A program made the translations under genes and the position numbers. Shown here piece by piece: positions 14,441-29,169 of a DNA stretch of 64,000 nt (positions are counted from its first letter, which is position 1; each line of letters opens with the position of its first letter). Below the pieces are notes generated by a model. It made no database searches. It saw nothing but the letters and a program-made list of their open reading frames with translations, and was not told the origin of the DNA. The stretch is from Eledone cirrhosa. Lineage: Eukaryota. The stretch spans positions 168,702,001 to 168,766,000 of the forward strand of contig OZ024741.1 in the NCBI GenBank assembly GCA_964016885.1, written 5' to 3'.

Positions 14441-15078
14441 CCAGTGATCTCCATCCACCAGAGTATTAAGAGAACCACAGCCTACACACCCAAACACAAC
14501 AGTCATTGACTAGCTGGAAAATAGAAATGGAGAGGTACAAATCATCCATTTGCTGCATTCATCTTGACCCATGTCCTGCAAATACTTGAATCACTGGGGC
14601 TCTTCAATATCAGATAACATGAAAATTAACATCTTCTAACATATAGATATAGTTTTCTGCTAATACAAACCTGACTGTTTTATTTTCATTGTTTGTTTTC
14701 TCTGTGATATTGAGATAAGCGGTATTATTCTCTATCGGTTATATATTTTGATATTGAAACATGCAATAATCGATTATATCCTAAAATTGAATTACAGTTT
14801 ATTAAATTGTCGCAAATGTTGCCAAAGGCTCTTATTACAGATAGCCAATATTGGAATGAAAATTTGATTAAAAATAATATAGAATGTCGCATGCTTCTTC
14901 AAGTTGAGCAGACATGCAAATACACACAGACTGATACATACACTCACACAGACAGGCACAGATACCTACATTTACACACATATTGATCCCAGTCAACATA
15001 ACAAACATACATTCCTGCATGACATTATTTAAGCAAGCGTGATGTCTGTCTCATGGTAGAGGTCTGAGTGTGGTGTGT

Positions 15079-15432
15079 TTAACACTTTCATGACCATATT
15101 TCAAATGAAATGCACTCTATCTCAATTGATTAATGAACAATTTTGAGAGATTTCTGAGATTATTAATTATTTAATTACAAAGATAACCCTTTTGATATCA
15201 AACTACCTCAAATGATCCCTGCTTTTGTAATACAGGACAGTATATTTGAAAGTGTTTATATTTATCTGAAAACCTTTTAACATTAGATAGAACTTTTGTT
15301 ATGTTCCAAATGCCAGATTAAAATTAGAAAGTTAGTTATATGACTAAATCCTTCCAAATTCTTGATTATTTTCAAAATGATTTGAAAATCATGCAGTGCA
15401 TTTTATTAGAAATATTGTAACAAAATGGGTGA
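15079..15432. mobile_element. Degenerate TTAA-type (piggyBac-like) MITE
   Basis: TTAACACTTTCATGACCATATTTC ... GAAATATTGTAACAAAATGGGTGAA diverged inverted ends; internal part recurs at ~16500-16630. Confidence 0.4.
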
Positions 15433-17027
15433 AATGTTTATATCAATCTAAAAATCTTCTATCATAATTTTATATAAGAATCTTTGTTAAGTTATGTACC
15501 AAACACCGTCTGAAGAATGAGAAAGTTATTTATATTATTAAATCGCTCAAAATTCTTTATGATTTTACAAATTATTTGGATATAAAGAGATGTAATAAAC
15601 TAAGAAAATGAATGCAGCAAATACTTTAATTCATTTATGCTAGTCTTTGAAATTAATATATTAATATATATTAGGATTTCTTGGTATGACTGCTTCATGA
15701 ATGAGGGGATAATGGAAATGGCCTGATGGAGCAATGTACAAGATACCAATGCTGTACAATGGCAGAAGATGCTTAGCTGAAGAGACCAGATAGGACCTCC
15801 CTCGAGTGCAAGCTAGAAGGAGGCATAGGATGGTTGAGGTCTGTAGAGGAAGATCTGGTAGACATGTTCTAACTTAGAGTAGACCCATAACAGAGCAGGG
15901 AATCATATGGAATGGAGATCTCTCAACATCTAATGCTCCATAGGGAGTAGGAGGAACTAATGAAAAAATAGTAACAACATATTTTATGTTTATTTATTCC
16001 TAAATTTTTTCTCTTTATTTATGTATGGAGATAATAATTTCTATCTGAAAATATTGATCACTAATGTACATTGGGAGCAAATATTGATTGTTCTCTTTCA
16101 ATCCATATAAACGTTGTCTGTTTATATAGCAAATAATATCTTCTTTTTCGCAATTTTGGTCTATCCGTAACAACTTCTATAAATATTCCTTATCTCCCTC
16201 TTAAAATTTATAGCAAAGACATTACTTGTCTGAAAGGAGAAAAAAAAAAGAGAAAAAACAAAACAAAAAGGAAAGCTAACGACACCAATGGACTCTACAA
16301 ATGGAGTGGACCTCTGTCATTTCTGACGATGAGTGTTCTAGTAGATTAAATCAAAAAACAATCTGTTCATAAAAGCAAATGGCCGAGCAGTTCACTGACA
16401 CATATACAAAACCACTTGAAATCACCTCTGGTTCTATTTTATTGTTTTTATATCCTTCAAAAATACTTCCTTCATAATTTTATCTAAAAATACCTTAAGT
16501 TTTATTCCAAACACCAGCTTAAGACTAAGAAATTTGGTTATTTTATTAAATCCTTCCAAATTCTTGATTATTTTCAAAATGATTTGAAAATAATAGGTAA
16601 TCTTTCATTAGAAATACAGTAATACAAGCATTAAGACAATTCTTAGAAAGATCTAACATGACACAGTCTTGAGAACAAGCTTCAAAATAGTTTCTATCTA
16701 ACCAATTTAACTTACAAAGCTTCATTCAGCCTGAGGCTGTAGAAAATGACACTTGCCTAGAATGCATTATGGTGGGATTGGATGCAACACCTATTGATTT
16801 TAAAGTAAACTCCTTAACCACTCAGCTATGCTGCTTCCAAACAAGTGAGATGTGGAAAGATTACTGTACGTTCTAAATTCTTGAAGTATTTTTCTCTTTG
16901 TTAATATCTATATTTTTTCCTAAGTGGATGACAGATATATATCTAAACAATTAAGAAAGAAGAAGAAGGAGGAGGGAGAGGAGAAGGAGGGGGAAAGATT
17001 AAATATAGTAGTAGTAGTAGTAGTAGC

Positions 17028-17082
<55 letters not shown>

Positions 17083-18976
17083 ATGGTGGTGGTACTAGTA
17101 GTATTAGTAGTAGCTGTCAATGAAAATCATAAGATTGATATAAAACAATAATAACAAAGGAGGAAATTGGAAAAGCGTACTTTGGAATAATGTGACTGAT
17201 ACTAAAAACTGGCCCCTTTGCAAAAGAAGAGAATCTCTATTATAAACTACAGCATAGAAATATATTAATGAAAGGGTTAAGACCCAGATGATGATGAATA
17301 TTTTATCAGTTTCAACAATGAACATTCACTTAATTAACTGCACTTCCAATACACTACCAACCTCAACATATAATATTTTAGATATTGACTTCTAATTTAG
17401 GGACAAGGCCAGCAAATTTGAGGTTAAGGACAAAGTTGATTAACTTAAACTTAGCACTTCATTGGTACTTTATTTTATTGATTCTGGATGTTGATCTTGG
17501 TAGGATTTGAACTCAATGTATAGAGCCAGAACAAATAACCCAATGACATTTTATCTGATGCTCTATCAATTCTATCAATTCATACCCATTTTAATATTTT
17601 ATATACAGCAACCTAAGTAAGAGAACTTAGAAAGGAGAAAACTAGAAAATTTAATAATAGGGTTACAAAGCCACCACTGTGATAGATCCTCCTTTGGTTT
17701 CCATAATGAGTATTTAGTTATTTGATAAATTAGCCATGTATTATGCACACATTACTGGTAGGCAAGTGGTTTGCCTCTCCAAACCACAGGCCTGGGCATA
17801 GTGTTTTGGGGAAAACCAGCAGTTGCCCATACATGGAAATCTCCCTTCTCCACACCATCGATGTCTCAAGAGAAAAGGCAAAAGCCAAAACAGCTTGACA
17901 TCAGAGTCATTGCAACTCACTGCTACATGATTTAACCCTTTATCATTTAAACCGGCAGTATCCAACCAGAATTCTCTCACTTCTTTCTGTTCAAACCAGC
18001 TGTAACTGGCCTCTCATACTTATGTTAAGGTATTGTTCTCAAAATAAATAATATCAAAATCTCATAGATTCGATATTATGTGAGATAATTTTGTAAGATA
18101 AAGCCTTTACCATGAAAATACAATAGTATATATATAGAGTAATGTGAGATAAAGTGGTTGCTTACAGATAACTATCAACTCTGTTGGAGCAGACAATGCA
18201 GTAATACTAGCTGCCATGTTTTTGACTATATGATTTCAATATCTTGTATTGCAACAACAGATACAAAACCACATGTTCATAAAAAAAACAGTTCACCAGC
18301 TCGTCCATTTTAAATTTTAAATTGGTAATGTAAAAATAAGTCAAATTTGTAATATAAATATTCTCAAACTTCCACATTATATGTTCATGGTACATTTCTT
18401 TCGTGTGCACGCCAACTCGTGTTTTATATAACTACCTCGGTTGGGATTTATGGTGCGATTTTCAAACTACTTGAATTAACCGTCAATAGTGTGTTTTGTT
18501 CTAATGAGGGAATCTGACTACCTTCCTCTTTAGAAAGTCACGTGATACTGCCACAACCTAAAGCTACTACTACTGCTATAGTAGGGTTAAGTTTAGTTCT
18601 GCAGGTATTATGAGCAGATTCCATCACTAGAATTCAGGACTGAACTCTGTTGATAATTTGCCCAGTTGGTCTGGACTACATGAACTTTCTTGAATTTTTT
18701 GGAAATAACACGTGGTCTCTGCTAATGCACCAACTGCACTCAAGATGTTGCAATGAAACTGTACAGTTAGGAGCAGCCATTTTTGTGTTCCCACACAAAT
18801 CCTTTTATCCACTATATAACGTATTGTGTCCAGTCTGTTATGCAAATTCATATTTACAACATACGATTTTTGTAAAATCATTGAGTGAGTGGAAAATAGC
18901 AATCGTAGATGAAATCTAATTGTCTGGCTCGTTATAATTATTGTTTATATATATGTGCATATACATATAGTATATA

Positions 18977-19019
<43 letters not shown>

Positions 19020-19582
19020 AGCAGGAATTGCATAGAGTTACATAAGATAAACAGACAGTGGTACCTTTTGCTTGTCAGCCACCTCACATGCAGTTTTGTG
19101 CATTAAAGAGGTATTGTGCTTTAAATGAAAATTTAAGCAATAGATTTGAGAATTGCTCTATTGGTAAGATGCATGCGAGATGGTAACAAAAAGGACAGAA
19201 AAATTTACGTGTTGTAGTTCAACAAAACCAGATAAATACATAAAAGATAATTACACGATAGACTTAGTATGTAAGATGTACAACATATTAAAGTGGGAAA
19301 AATAAAAAATAAATTTAAATTGGACTTTTGCCAAAAGAATGTGGTCATGTGGCAGAGCTTAAGAAAAGAGGTTCTGCTACCAATCAAATTTGAGAGATAA
19401 AAAACATAGGAATAGGCTGAAGTGAAAACGAAGGAAAAAAACGGAAGAAGCATAGTGAGAGATCCAAGGAGAGGGAAAGAGGGAGTGGGACTCAGAAGAC
19501 AACAAAGAACAATATATATTTATTTATTTATATATCATCATCACACTTTAACATCCATTTTTCCATGCTAGCATAGGCTAAA

Positions 19583-19613
<31 letters not shown>

Positions 19614-20091
19614 ACTATTTATAGTTGTTTCAATGAAATAATGCCTTCTCATGCAGAAAAATGTAGAAATGTTTTTCTCCTACGGTTAATACTATTTCAA
19701 ATACAATGTCTCCTCTTATAATTTGATTATCTCAATTATTCTGCAAAACTTATTTTATTCAATACAGTTCAGATCATGGCTTTTAGTAATGGATGCTGTT
19801 TAAGAACCATCATTTTTAGCTATATTTATTTTGAGAATTTGCTTTTATGCTGTTTACTTAATAATTATGAGCTCTGCAAATAAATTTGGTTTTAGAAACA
19901 TTTTATTGAAATTGACTATTTGAAAGTAGGTAGGGGGATTAGGGTGTTGTGCTAACAACCATAAGATTGTGGTCTTATTACTTGAAGATACTTTATTTCA
20001 AATTGCTCCAGTCCACTCGGCTGTTAAAAATGAATTGTGATGACACTGGTACCGAGTTGTATGTCTTTTCCTTTCCTTTGGACAATATCAT

Positions 20092-20529
20092 ACTAGACCT
20101 GAAAAATGCGCAAGCTCAAAAGAGCCACAGACTGTTATAATAAACCTTCAAAAGTGTGGGACTAGAGTTGTTGCTCAAAAATATTGTAATCATTATCTAT
20201 CGTACACTCTGTGGCATCCTTTTATAAAAAAAGAGACTCATAACGAACTCAAGACGACACGATAATTATTTAAGCTAATGTTCAATATCTCATATTAGAT
20301 GTTTAGTAATGATTAATACGAAATGCACTTAAACCGAATTCTATATTATAAATAATTATCGTGTCGTCTTGAGTTCGTTATGAGTCTCTTTTTTTATAAA
20401 AGGATGCCACAGAGTGTACGATAGATAATGATTACAATATTTTTGAGCAACAACTCTAGTCCCACACTTTTGAAGGTTTATTATAACAGTCTGTGGCTCT
20501 TTTGAGCTTGCGCATTTTTCAGGTCTAGT
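20092..20529. repeat. Perfect 181-bp inverted repeat with 76-bp spacer
   Basis: 20092-20272 is the reverse complement of 20349-20529. Confidence 0.9.
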
Positions 20530-21084
20530 TTAATATTTTTTTAAGGCAACGCTTGTAATAACTCTAGTTAAACATGATATATATTAATAATAAATTATCG
20601 TTGCAATGTAATTAGATTATATAATTGTTATTTTATAAATGATCTTATAAATATTATTGTAAGATGTATAAAAATATTTTCAGACTTTTAATAGTTAATA
20701 TAAATTTAAAAAATCATATATAAATTAACAATATAACTTATCAAAACGAGAAAAATATTTTGATGATAAAACGACGAAATACTGGAGGAAGATTTGAAAG
20801 CAAAACGATAAATAAACATGGAAAGAAAATGGCGGATGCTTTTGAGCAACAATTACTTTCGTTGGTTGATTAACCAATAAGATGATGAAATTAACCAATA
20901 AGACGATACATTACAAAAGTTGTTTGGGAGGCATCACCACGGCCAGCGATACCCCTTGAAATTTTTTATTTACAAGCTACGCATGTATGTCAGACACGCA
21001 GACTTAAAACATTCTGTTGTTAGTCACTGCGTGTCTAACAGATATAGTGTATACAGTATATATAGTGTTTATATATAGTGTATA

Positions 21085-21400
21085 TCATCATCATCATCAT
21101 TTCATGTTTGTTGTTCCATGCTTGCATGGGTTGGACAGTATCTATCCACTTGTTGCGTGATTTTATAATCTCCTCTGTGAGCTTCAGTGATTTGAGTTCA
21201 GCCCTCACCACATCAATCCAGGTTTTACTTGATCTTCCTTTACTGTGGCTTTCAGCCATTGGGATTACTTGATAATTCTTCACCTAGTGATCATCATCCG
21301 TGTGCATCATATATCCATACCAACACAATACCCACTCAAGCATACTATATTTGATTCCTCTTATACCCAGTTTTTCTTTCAGTTCATCCATGCTTTGTCA
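21085..21400 (-). mobile_element. RTE LINE 3' fragment
   Basis: GR..KTWIDVV..LK.LKL motif and ..CCCATGCAAGCATGGAA..(ATG)n tail. Confidence 0.7.
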
Positions 21401-21517
21401 TTGTAGCACATCCCAAAAGAGGACAGAAAGAGCGAGAGAGAAAGAAAGATGGAGGAGTCAAATATGCAATGAGGAGAATTTTCAAGAACTTATACATTAA
21501 AAGTTGATTTAAAACAA

Positions 21518-21955
<438 letters not shown>

Positions 21956-22829
21956 CTATATATAAATATACATATATGTGTGTATGTGTGTGTATACTCA
22001 ATTATGATAGGACTGAGAAACAAGCTATGAGATGCAACTTCATAGGAGGCCAACTAAACCTACATATGTGTCAGCTGTAAATTTCATTTCATTATATATT
22101 TTTCACTATACAACTGGTACTTATTTCATCAATCCCAGAAGGGCGAAAACTTAACTCTGTGAGGACTTAAACTCAGAATATACTGAAACATAACTAAATA
22201 CATATCAAGTAGTTTTTGTCTGATACTCTCCCATTTATGCTACCCATTATTTTTAATAATACAGGTAATAATTTCTAAAATAGACACGACAACATGGAAA
22301 GAATGAAAGGCAAAGTTACCCATGACAGGATTTGAACTCAGAATGCAGAAACCTGGAACAAATACTGCAAGGCACTTTATATTACATTCTAACAATTCTG
22401 GTTGTTTGCTGCCTATTTGTAAATAATGGTTTCTACTATAAGGGCACGGCCAGCATTTTGGGGTAGGGGAAAGTCAATTAAATAAACCCAGAGTATGACT
22501 GGTACTTTATTTTATAAGCCCTAGGATTTAAATTCAGAATGTAAAGGGCCGAAACTCTATACCGAGAAGCAGGGTATTCAACACTCGACTGATTTTGTAA
22601 ATAATGTCCATCCATAATGTTCATAATGTTCAAATAGTGCTGGGCTGTGTACTTAATGTTGAAATAGAAAGCCACCATGTTCTGTAATGATTTAGTAGAA
22701 AATATCTAAAAATGTGTTAATTCAAATGTTTATAGTATCCTTATTACTGTACAGATAATTGTAAAGAATTGCAGTATTAGAGAAATGGCTGCTTTACTAA
22801 GTGGTTTCATGTGGTATAGACATTAAGAC

Positions 22830-23230
22830 TTAATGTCTCAATAGTGCCAGGGTGTATACCTCATGTCTCAATAGAGTTGGGTGTGTATTTGGTTTCTCAG
22901 TAGAGCTGGGCTGTGTACATCATGTCTCAATAGAGCTGGCACGTGTATATTATGTCTCAAAAGAGCTAGACTGTGTGTTAGATTTTTCAATAGAGCTGGG
23001 CTGTGTATTTGATGGCTTAATAGAGCTGGGCTGTGTTTTTAATGTCTCAATAATCTGAGGTGTATACTTGATGTCTCGACAGAACTAGGATGTGTAACAC
23101 ATGTCTCAGTAGAGATGGGCTGAGCACCTTATGTCACCAATACAGCTGTTTTGTGCACCTTATGTCTCAATAGAGCTGGGTTATGCACCTCATGTCTCAA
23201 TAGAGCTGGATTGTGTACATAATGTCCAAA
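22830..23230. repeat. ~30-bp minisatellite
   Basis: About 13 copies of ATGTCTCAATAGAGCTGGGCTGTGTA... Confidence 0.85.
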
Positions 23231-25805
23231 ACAATTGCTAAAGTATTTGAATTCCCCAGCAGTTTCAGTAGATTCTGTGAAACTTAAATGGACACTAAAG
23301 TAATGAAACAAGGAAACTTACTGGGTACCAAAAATAGAAACATCTAACTCATCGGTTGGATATGTTAGATGAGAAGAATAATGATAGGGTGGAGAACAAT
23401 AACTAATGATTATAGCGATGACAATAATGATTATGATATTAAAGAGTGATAGTAAAGATGAACATGGGTGCCAATCTGAAACAGCATTTGTCTTTCCTTT
23501 GGACAATATCATATATAGTGTATATATACTTTGTGATGATACTAGCACCAAACTGCATTAGATTTTGCCTCTCCCTTGGATAACATCATATATATAGTGT
23601 ATATATAAGTTGTGACATCACTAATACCAAGCTGCATCAGCCTGTAGTGACCTACATTCCGAGGACTCATGGATACATTCTCCATGCGTTGTTTGGCTCA
23701 GTTCAGTCAATCGCCGCCAGCGTAGGAGAATGTATCTCGACTTCCGCCATGAGGGAAAGATTCCCGCGGCGATTCATAAATCTCTCTCTTGCTGCTTGGA
23801 TGGTGAGAATTTCACTTTGGCCTTTCGGTCTCCTTAGACCTTGGCACAATGTCACATTCACTAATCCCACGTTTAACAAAACCACACCTTTCCTGTTACA
23901 ATAAATTGGTGATATTACTATTATTATCTTTCTCCTAAAGTGGTGACCCCCGACAGAGGAATATTTAAGTACGAAAATATTCCTTTAAAATAAAAAAATA
24001 TAAATTAGCAGTATTTCAAAAACACGTGTTGAACTTTTCAAAATGGCTATCACCAAGTACTTCTCTACTACCAGCCATCAGCAGCAACTGACGCAACATA
24101 GTGACACCTTTGTAGTTATACCGCCGCAACTACCACCACAACAGATAGCAGTCACCTACAGCTTCTGGTAACACATTTACCACTACGGTGACTGCCACAG
24201 CTTTGACACGGCTACAATGACAACTTCGGCGCCATCAGCAGCAGCGACATTGGTTAACCGCTAACCATAAACAACGCATGGTGAATTCGACTTCGATTCT
24301 ACTGAAGATTTACTGTGACTTCGCTTTGATAGCAACAACAACAACAATTCTACTAGCTTCCTAGTAAGAGCAACAATTATCCCAAAGAAAAGAAAAAGTG
24401 AACTTTTTTGTTAAAAAACAATTCTGTCTTTCTTTTTTTACAGGCAATGTTTGGACATTTATTTCTTTTAAACTGTATAATATGAAAATTTATTTTTTTT
24501 CTCTATCATTGTATATATGACTGCACGCACGCATTTTCTTTGCTGTATTACATGCCTGCATATGCACACACATTTCTTTGTCACACACCAACATGTTGTT
24601 GTCTATAGTATATGATCTTCAAGCGTAACAACCTCCATCTTGTTACTTTTATTCGACTCACAGGGAAAACAACAAATGGAACTGGACCTGTCAGCATTTC
24701 CACCATTTCTTTTATGGATTCGCCAGAATTACGGAATTACCGCTTCAACTAATACCGACCTACAGATTCAACTTGCTTTTTTCTTTTCAAAGCAACTAGC
24801 CATTTTTTCCTGGCTGCCTAGCACTTCCGGCAATTCATCTGGGAGGCCGACAATTTCTCGCCTACCCATCATCTTCTTGCCAGCTCTACTACAACATTTA
24901 CCATAACAGCTCCAGCTATACAGCTCTGGTATAACATTTACCATAACAGCTCTGGTATAACACTTACCATAACAGCTATAGAGCTCTGGTAAAGCATGAA
25001 CAGCACCATCATTGACAACAGCTACTGGTAAACTATCATAACAGCTAACATTTAATGCAAGAACAGCAACTTTGCCTATGTCAGACTTTATCCGTTTTCT
25101 GTTAGAACCCGGGTGGTCACGCATAAATAGCAAAACAGCTAGTCATTTGACACAGCGGCAACACGGCCCTTAGCGCCTCATTTTTCTTCTTGCATGCATT
25201 CTTTTGTTCCATTTTTTTCATTGATGTGCTCTCTTTCAGCATTTTTCCGGCTGATTCAATTGTATATATCGTCTTGCGACTAGATAGGAGGTATTGTAGT
25301 GACCTATATTCCGAGGGCTCATGGATACATTCTCCGTGCGTTGTTTGGCTCAGTTCAGCCAATCGCCGCCAGCGTAGGAGAATGTATCTCACGTTTAACA
25401 AAACCACACCTTTCCTGTTACAACAAATAGACATCATTATAATTCTTCTTGGTGATATTACTGTTATTATCTTTCTACTAAAAGCCTTTGCCTTTCCCTT
25501 GGACATCATATATAGTGTATACATATTTTGTGATGTCACTGGCATCAAGCTGTATTGGCTTTTGCTTTACCCTTGGACAATATTACTGGTGTGGAGAGAG
25601 GAGACTGGTATGCATGAGCTGGTCTTCCACAAAATCACCTTACTTAGGCTTGCACCTTCAAGGGGGACTTTCCAGATATAAATCCATGATATGTCATGAC
25701 TGAAGGGGGTTCTTATGACATCAGATGTTAAAATTTAGTCTTAGAAGTGTTATTGGGTTTGTCTATTCATTATAATTTCATGTTTCTTACATATATCAAT
25801 ATCCT

Positions 25806-25995
25806 TCGGTGGATTGGCAGTATTGGTAGAGGGTCGGATGCCATGCTTTGACGCATAGAGTTACGGCCCTTGCCATTCTGAGTTCAAATCCCGCCGAGGT
25901 TAACTTTGCCTTTCATCCTTACGGGGTCGATAAAATAAAGTACCAGTAATGCACTGGGTAATTGCTGGCCTTGTGCCTAACGTAGAAACAATTAT
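25806..25995 (+). mobile_element. tRNA-derived Meta-domain SINE
   Basis: B box GAGTTCAAATCC then TTTCATCCTTACGGGGTCGATAAAATAAAGTACCAG; other copies at 27035-27222, 34895-35085, 37700-37890 (minus). Confidence 0.85.
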
Positions 25996-26699
25996 CTAGA
26001 GATTTATATTTATTTAAAATTTATGAATTTTAATGTTACAACATTAGTTTTGCTTACATTTCAAATAAACATTTCTAAAATTCAATTTCTTATTGCTACA
26101 GCAACCAATCAAATATTGTTTACCTAACATTACAAAAAGATAATAATATTTACATCTGATTTATCAAATTCAGCATGAAATTTATGTAAACTTAGATCAG
26201 TGAATTATTTGCTTTGGATAATCTAGGAAATAAACTGAACTGCACTCTCATTTACTAATTGTATTTTTTTTTATATTTGTCAAATTTGTTCATATTAGCA
26301 TCTCTTGATACTTCTGTTTAAATATATTTCCAATTCCTATGAGGTCAACTTTGCCATTTATTCTTTCAGATATGTTAAAATAAATGATGTGCCTGCATGT
26401 GTATACAAGCACAAAATAAATGCAGATACATACATACATATATTCATACTATCGTCAACATCATCGTTTAACATGTTTCACATCCCTGCTAACAAGGAGT
26501 GGACTTTATATATTAAAAAAAACATGTCACATGACAACCACTTTGTGTTAGATTTGTTTAGGAAATGCTAATTTGATATCTTCCTACCTACCACTCTCTC
26601 TTTCTCACAACAGTGCTGACAAGATGGAGTAGTTAGTCAAGCAACAACTGTTTATAACTCAGTGTGAGTGTGTGTCCATGAAACATATATATATACACA

Positions 26700-26980
26700 G
26701 TTGAGACTTCTGGTGTCCTTGGCCCTAGGGCCACCTCCCTACTCATCACCATCGGCACAGAGTTGGGTACCCGCAGGTGTGAGCCGCAAGAGCTGGAATG
26801 GTTCTTCCAGTGCGTAACCCTCAACATCCCCCGGGGAAACGATTTCTCTATTCTGTTCACCAGGGCCATGGGACAGCCAGCACATGGGCCCCCACTTGCT
26901 CATAATAGTCAGAGATGGGGAGAGTGGGAGAGCCAGAGGCAGTGATAGTGGGAGTTTGGTTCCTTTGTGTTCGCACCTGG
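26700..26980 (+). mobile_element. CRE-clade non-LTR 3' fragment
   Basis: VETSGVLGP..LL..IG..WFFQ.V.L.I.RGN C-terminal motif; its 3' UTR recurs on the minus strand at 34315-34445. Confidence 0.7.
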
Positions 26981-27483
26981 TATATATGCATATGTTTTAT
27001 GGACACACACACTGAGGCATGTACACATATAAATAAATAATTGTTTCTACTTTAGGCACAAGGCCAGCAAATATCCAGTGCATTACTGGTACTTTATTTT
27101 ATCGACCCCGTAAGGATGAAAGGCAAAGTCAACCTCGGCGGGATTTGAACTCAGATCGTAAAGGAACGTAACTATGCTGGAAGGCATGGCGTCTGACCCT
27201 CTACCGATACTGCCAATTCACCAATATAAATAAGTAATAAAATATATTGATACCATTTATAACTACCTACCTATGTATCTATTTGTCTCTGTTTATCTAT
27301 AACTATCTATCTACTTAACTGTTTATCTATCTATCTACCTACCTTCTAATTATCAATCTACTTACTTACCTCTATCTGTCTGGCTAACAGTCGATAGTTA
27401 TCTAGTCATGTATATTTACTAATGTATCTATCTTCAGACAAGATCAACAATAACAACAAAGTACAAATCCCAATAGCAACCCG

Positions 27484-27528
<45 letters not shown>

Positions 27529-28139
27529 GGGTGGGTGGGTAGGTAAGTAGGTAGGTAGGTAGGTAGGTAGGTAGGTAGGTAGGTAGGTAGGTAGGTAGGT
27601 AGGTGGGTAGGTTTACAGATAGACATGGATAGATACACAGGTTAGACAAAGTCATCATGATTTAGGGAATATATGTTTGATAATGATGTGGAAGAAAACT
27701 ATTGTATTTGATTTAAATAAATGTAAAATGAAATATGGGAATGACTACAATGACAAGAGGGAGAATGCATATTCAGCTATCTTTATATTGTAATCAAGGA
27801 ATTAAATTAGATTAAATATTTTATTACTATAGACCCCACCATTTTTTTATGGGTACTATGTTAATGTATATATATATATATATATAGATAACAACGAGCC
27901 TCTGCAGATTCTGTTTAGCAAATTCTACCCACAAGGCAAGGCCATAGTAAAAGACACTTGCCAAAGGAGCCATGTTATGGGACTTAAACCAGAACCACAT
28001 GATTGTGAAGGGAACTCCTTAACAACACCTATACTGCATTTTCTTTCCTAAGTAATCAATTCTTTCATACAATTCTACTTTTGCTAAGCATATGACATGT
28101 TAAATAGAGCTGGATTGTGTATTTAGTATATTACACAAA

Positions 28140-28300
28140 CACCGGTCACCGTTGAGATCTCAGGCATACTTGAACCCCATACTGCCAAGCTCCTCTGCAA
28201 GATCAGAACATCAGCAGCCCATCTGGGGAAGGAGCCCCACAGGGTGGGGTGACTGTTGCAGCAGTTGTCACTGGCCATTGTCCACAACTAAAGAGTGAAC
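28140..28300 (+). mobile_element. CRE-clade non-LTR 3' fragment
   Basis: VEISGILEP.TA.LL.KI...LLQQLSLAIVH; similar to 33450-33580. Confidence 0.65.
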
Positions 28301-29169
28301 CATGAACATGATGGACATGTACAGTGATGGTGAGGAACAGCTACTAAGGAACATGGATGGAATGAGTGTGCACATGATTTGTACATGATGAGGCTGGCCT
28401 GGGTGAGTGAGGCATGTGGAGGAGTCGGGTCATGTTTATGCTGACAAGTAGATCTTTTTCAGGACAGCATATCAGCAAGTCTCGTTGTGATGCTCAGCTT
28501 CTTCAGATGTTTTCATTACCTCATCCCATATTTTCCTGGATTTACCTCTTCTCTGAGTCCCAAACTCTGAGATTTCTCTGCACTTCTTTAAACAACTGCC
28601 ATCTTTCACATGCATCACATGTCCATACCAATACAGCCTTCTCTCTTGCACACTACACTGACATGCTCACTGCATCCAATTGCTTTTATAAGTTTTTCTC
28701 TCACCTGGCTTACGCTACATTGTTCATTGCACCTAAACATCACACTTCCATTGTTTGCTTTCCTACTTATTAAAACTTTCCTCTTTTGCTAAGTTCACTT
28801 TTAGGCCTTTTAACATTTAGCAGAAAAATATCATGCCATGTTGACACAGTATTAATAAGAAAGAATATTATAATGTCATGTTGGCTTAATACTAACAGGA
28901 AAGAATATAAAGTTATTGTTGTTATTTGTTATAGTGAGAAATGTAACATTTGTTAAGTGAGGGAGAGGCAAAGTTAGCCATAAAGTGAATGTTTGTTGTA
29001 GTAGTTGTAGTTCATTGTAGGCTTTGTAGAAAATAATATTATGAGACTTTATAATATTTTACAAGCTTTATTTACAACTGACCACAAAAGTTAAGCTGGG
29101 TTGACAAGTCAAAGAAAGGAACAAACAAAATTAAGGGTTTTAAGGAGTAAATAAAGACATTGTGTCTGG

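Noticed and set aside
22830-23230. ~30-bp repeats resembling a CRISPR array
   Set aside because: Contiguous degenerate units without unique spacers, no cas genes, eukaryotic context.
24640-25548. Several 90-160-aa ORFs as a gene
   Set aside because: Frames are not preserved between the duplicated copies, they cross a minisatellite and SINE fragments, and no motif was recognised.
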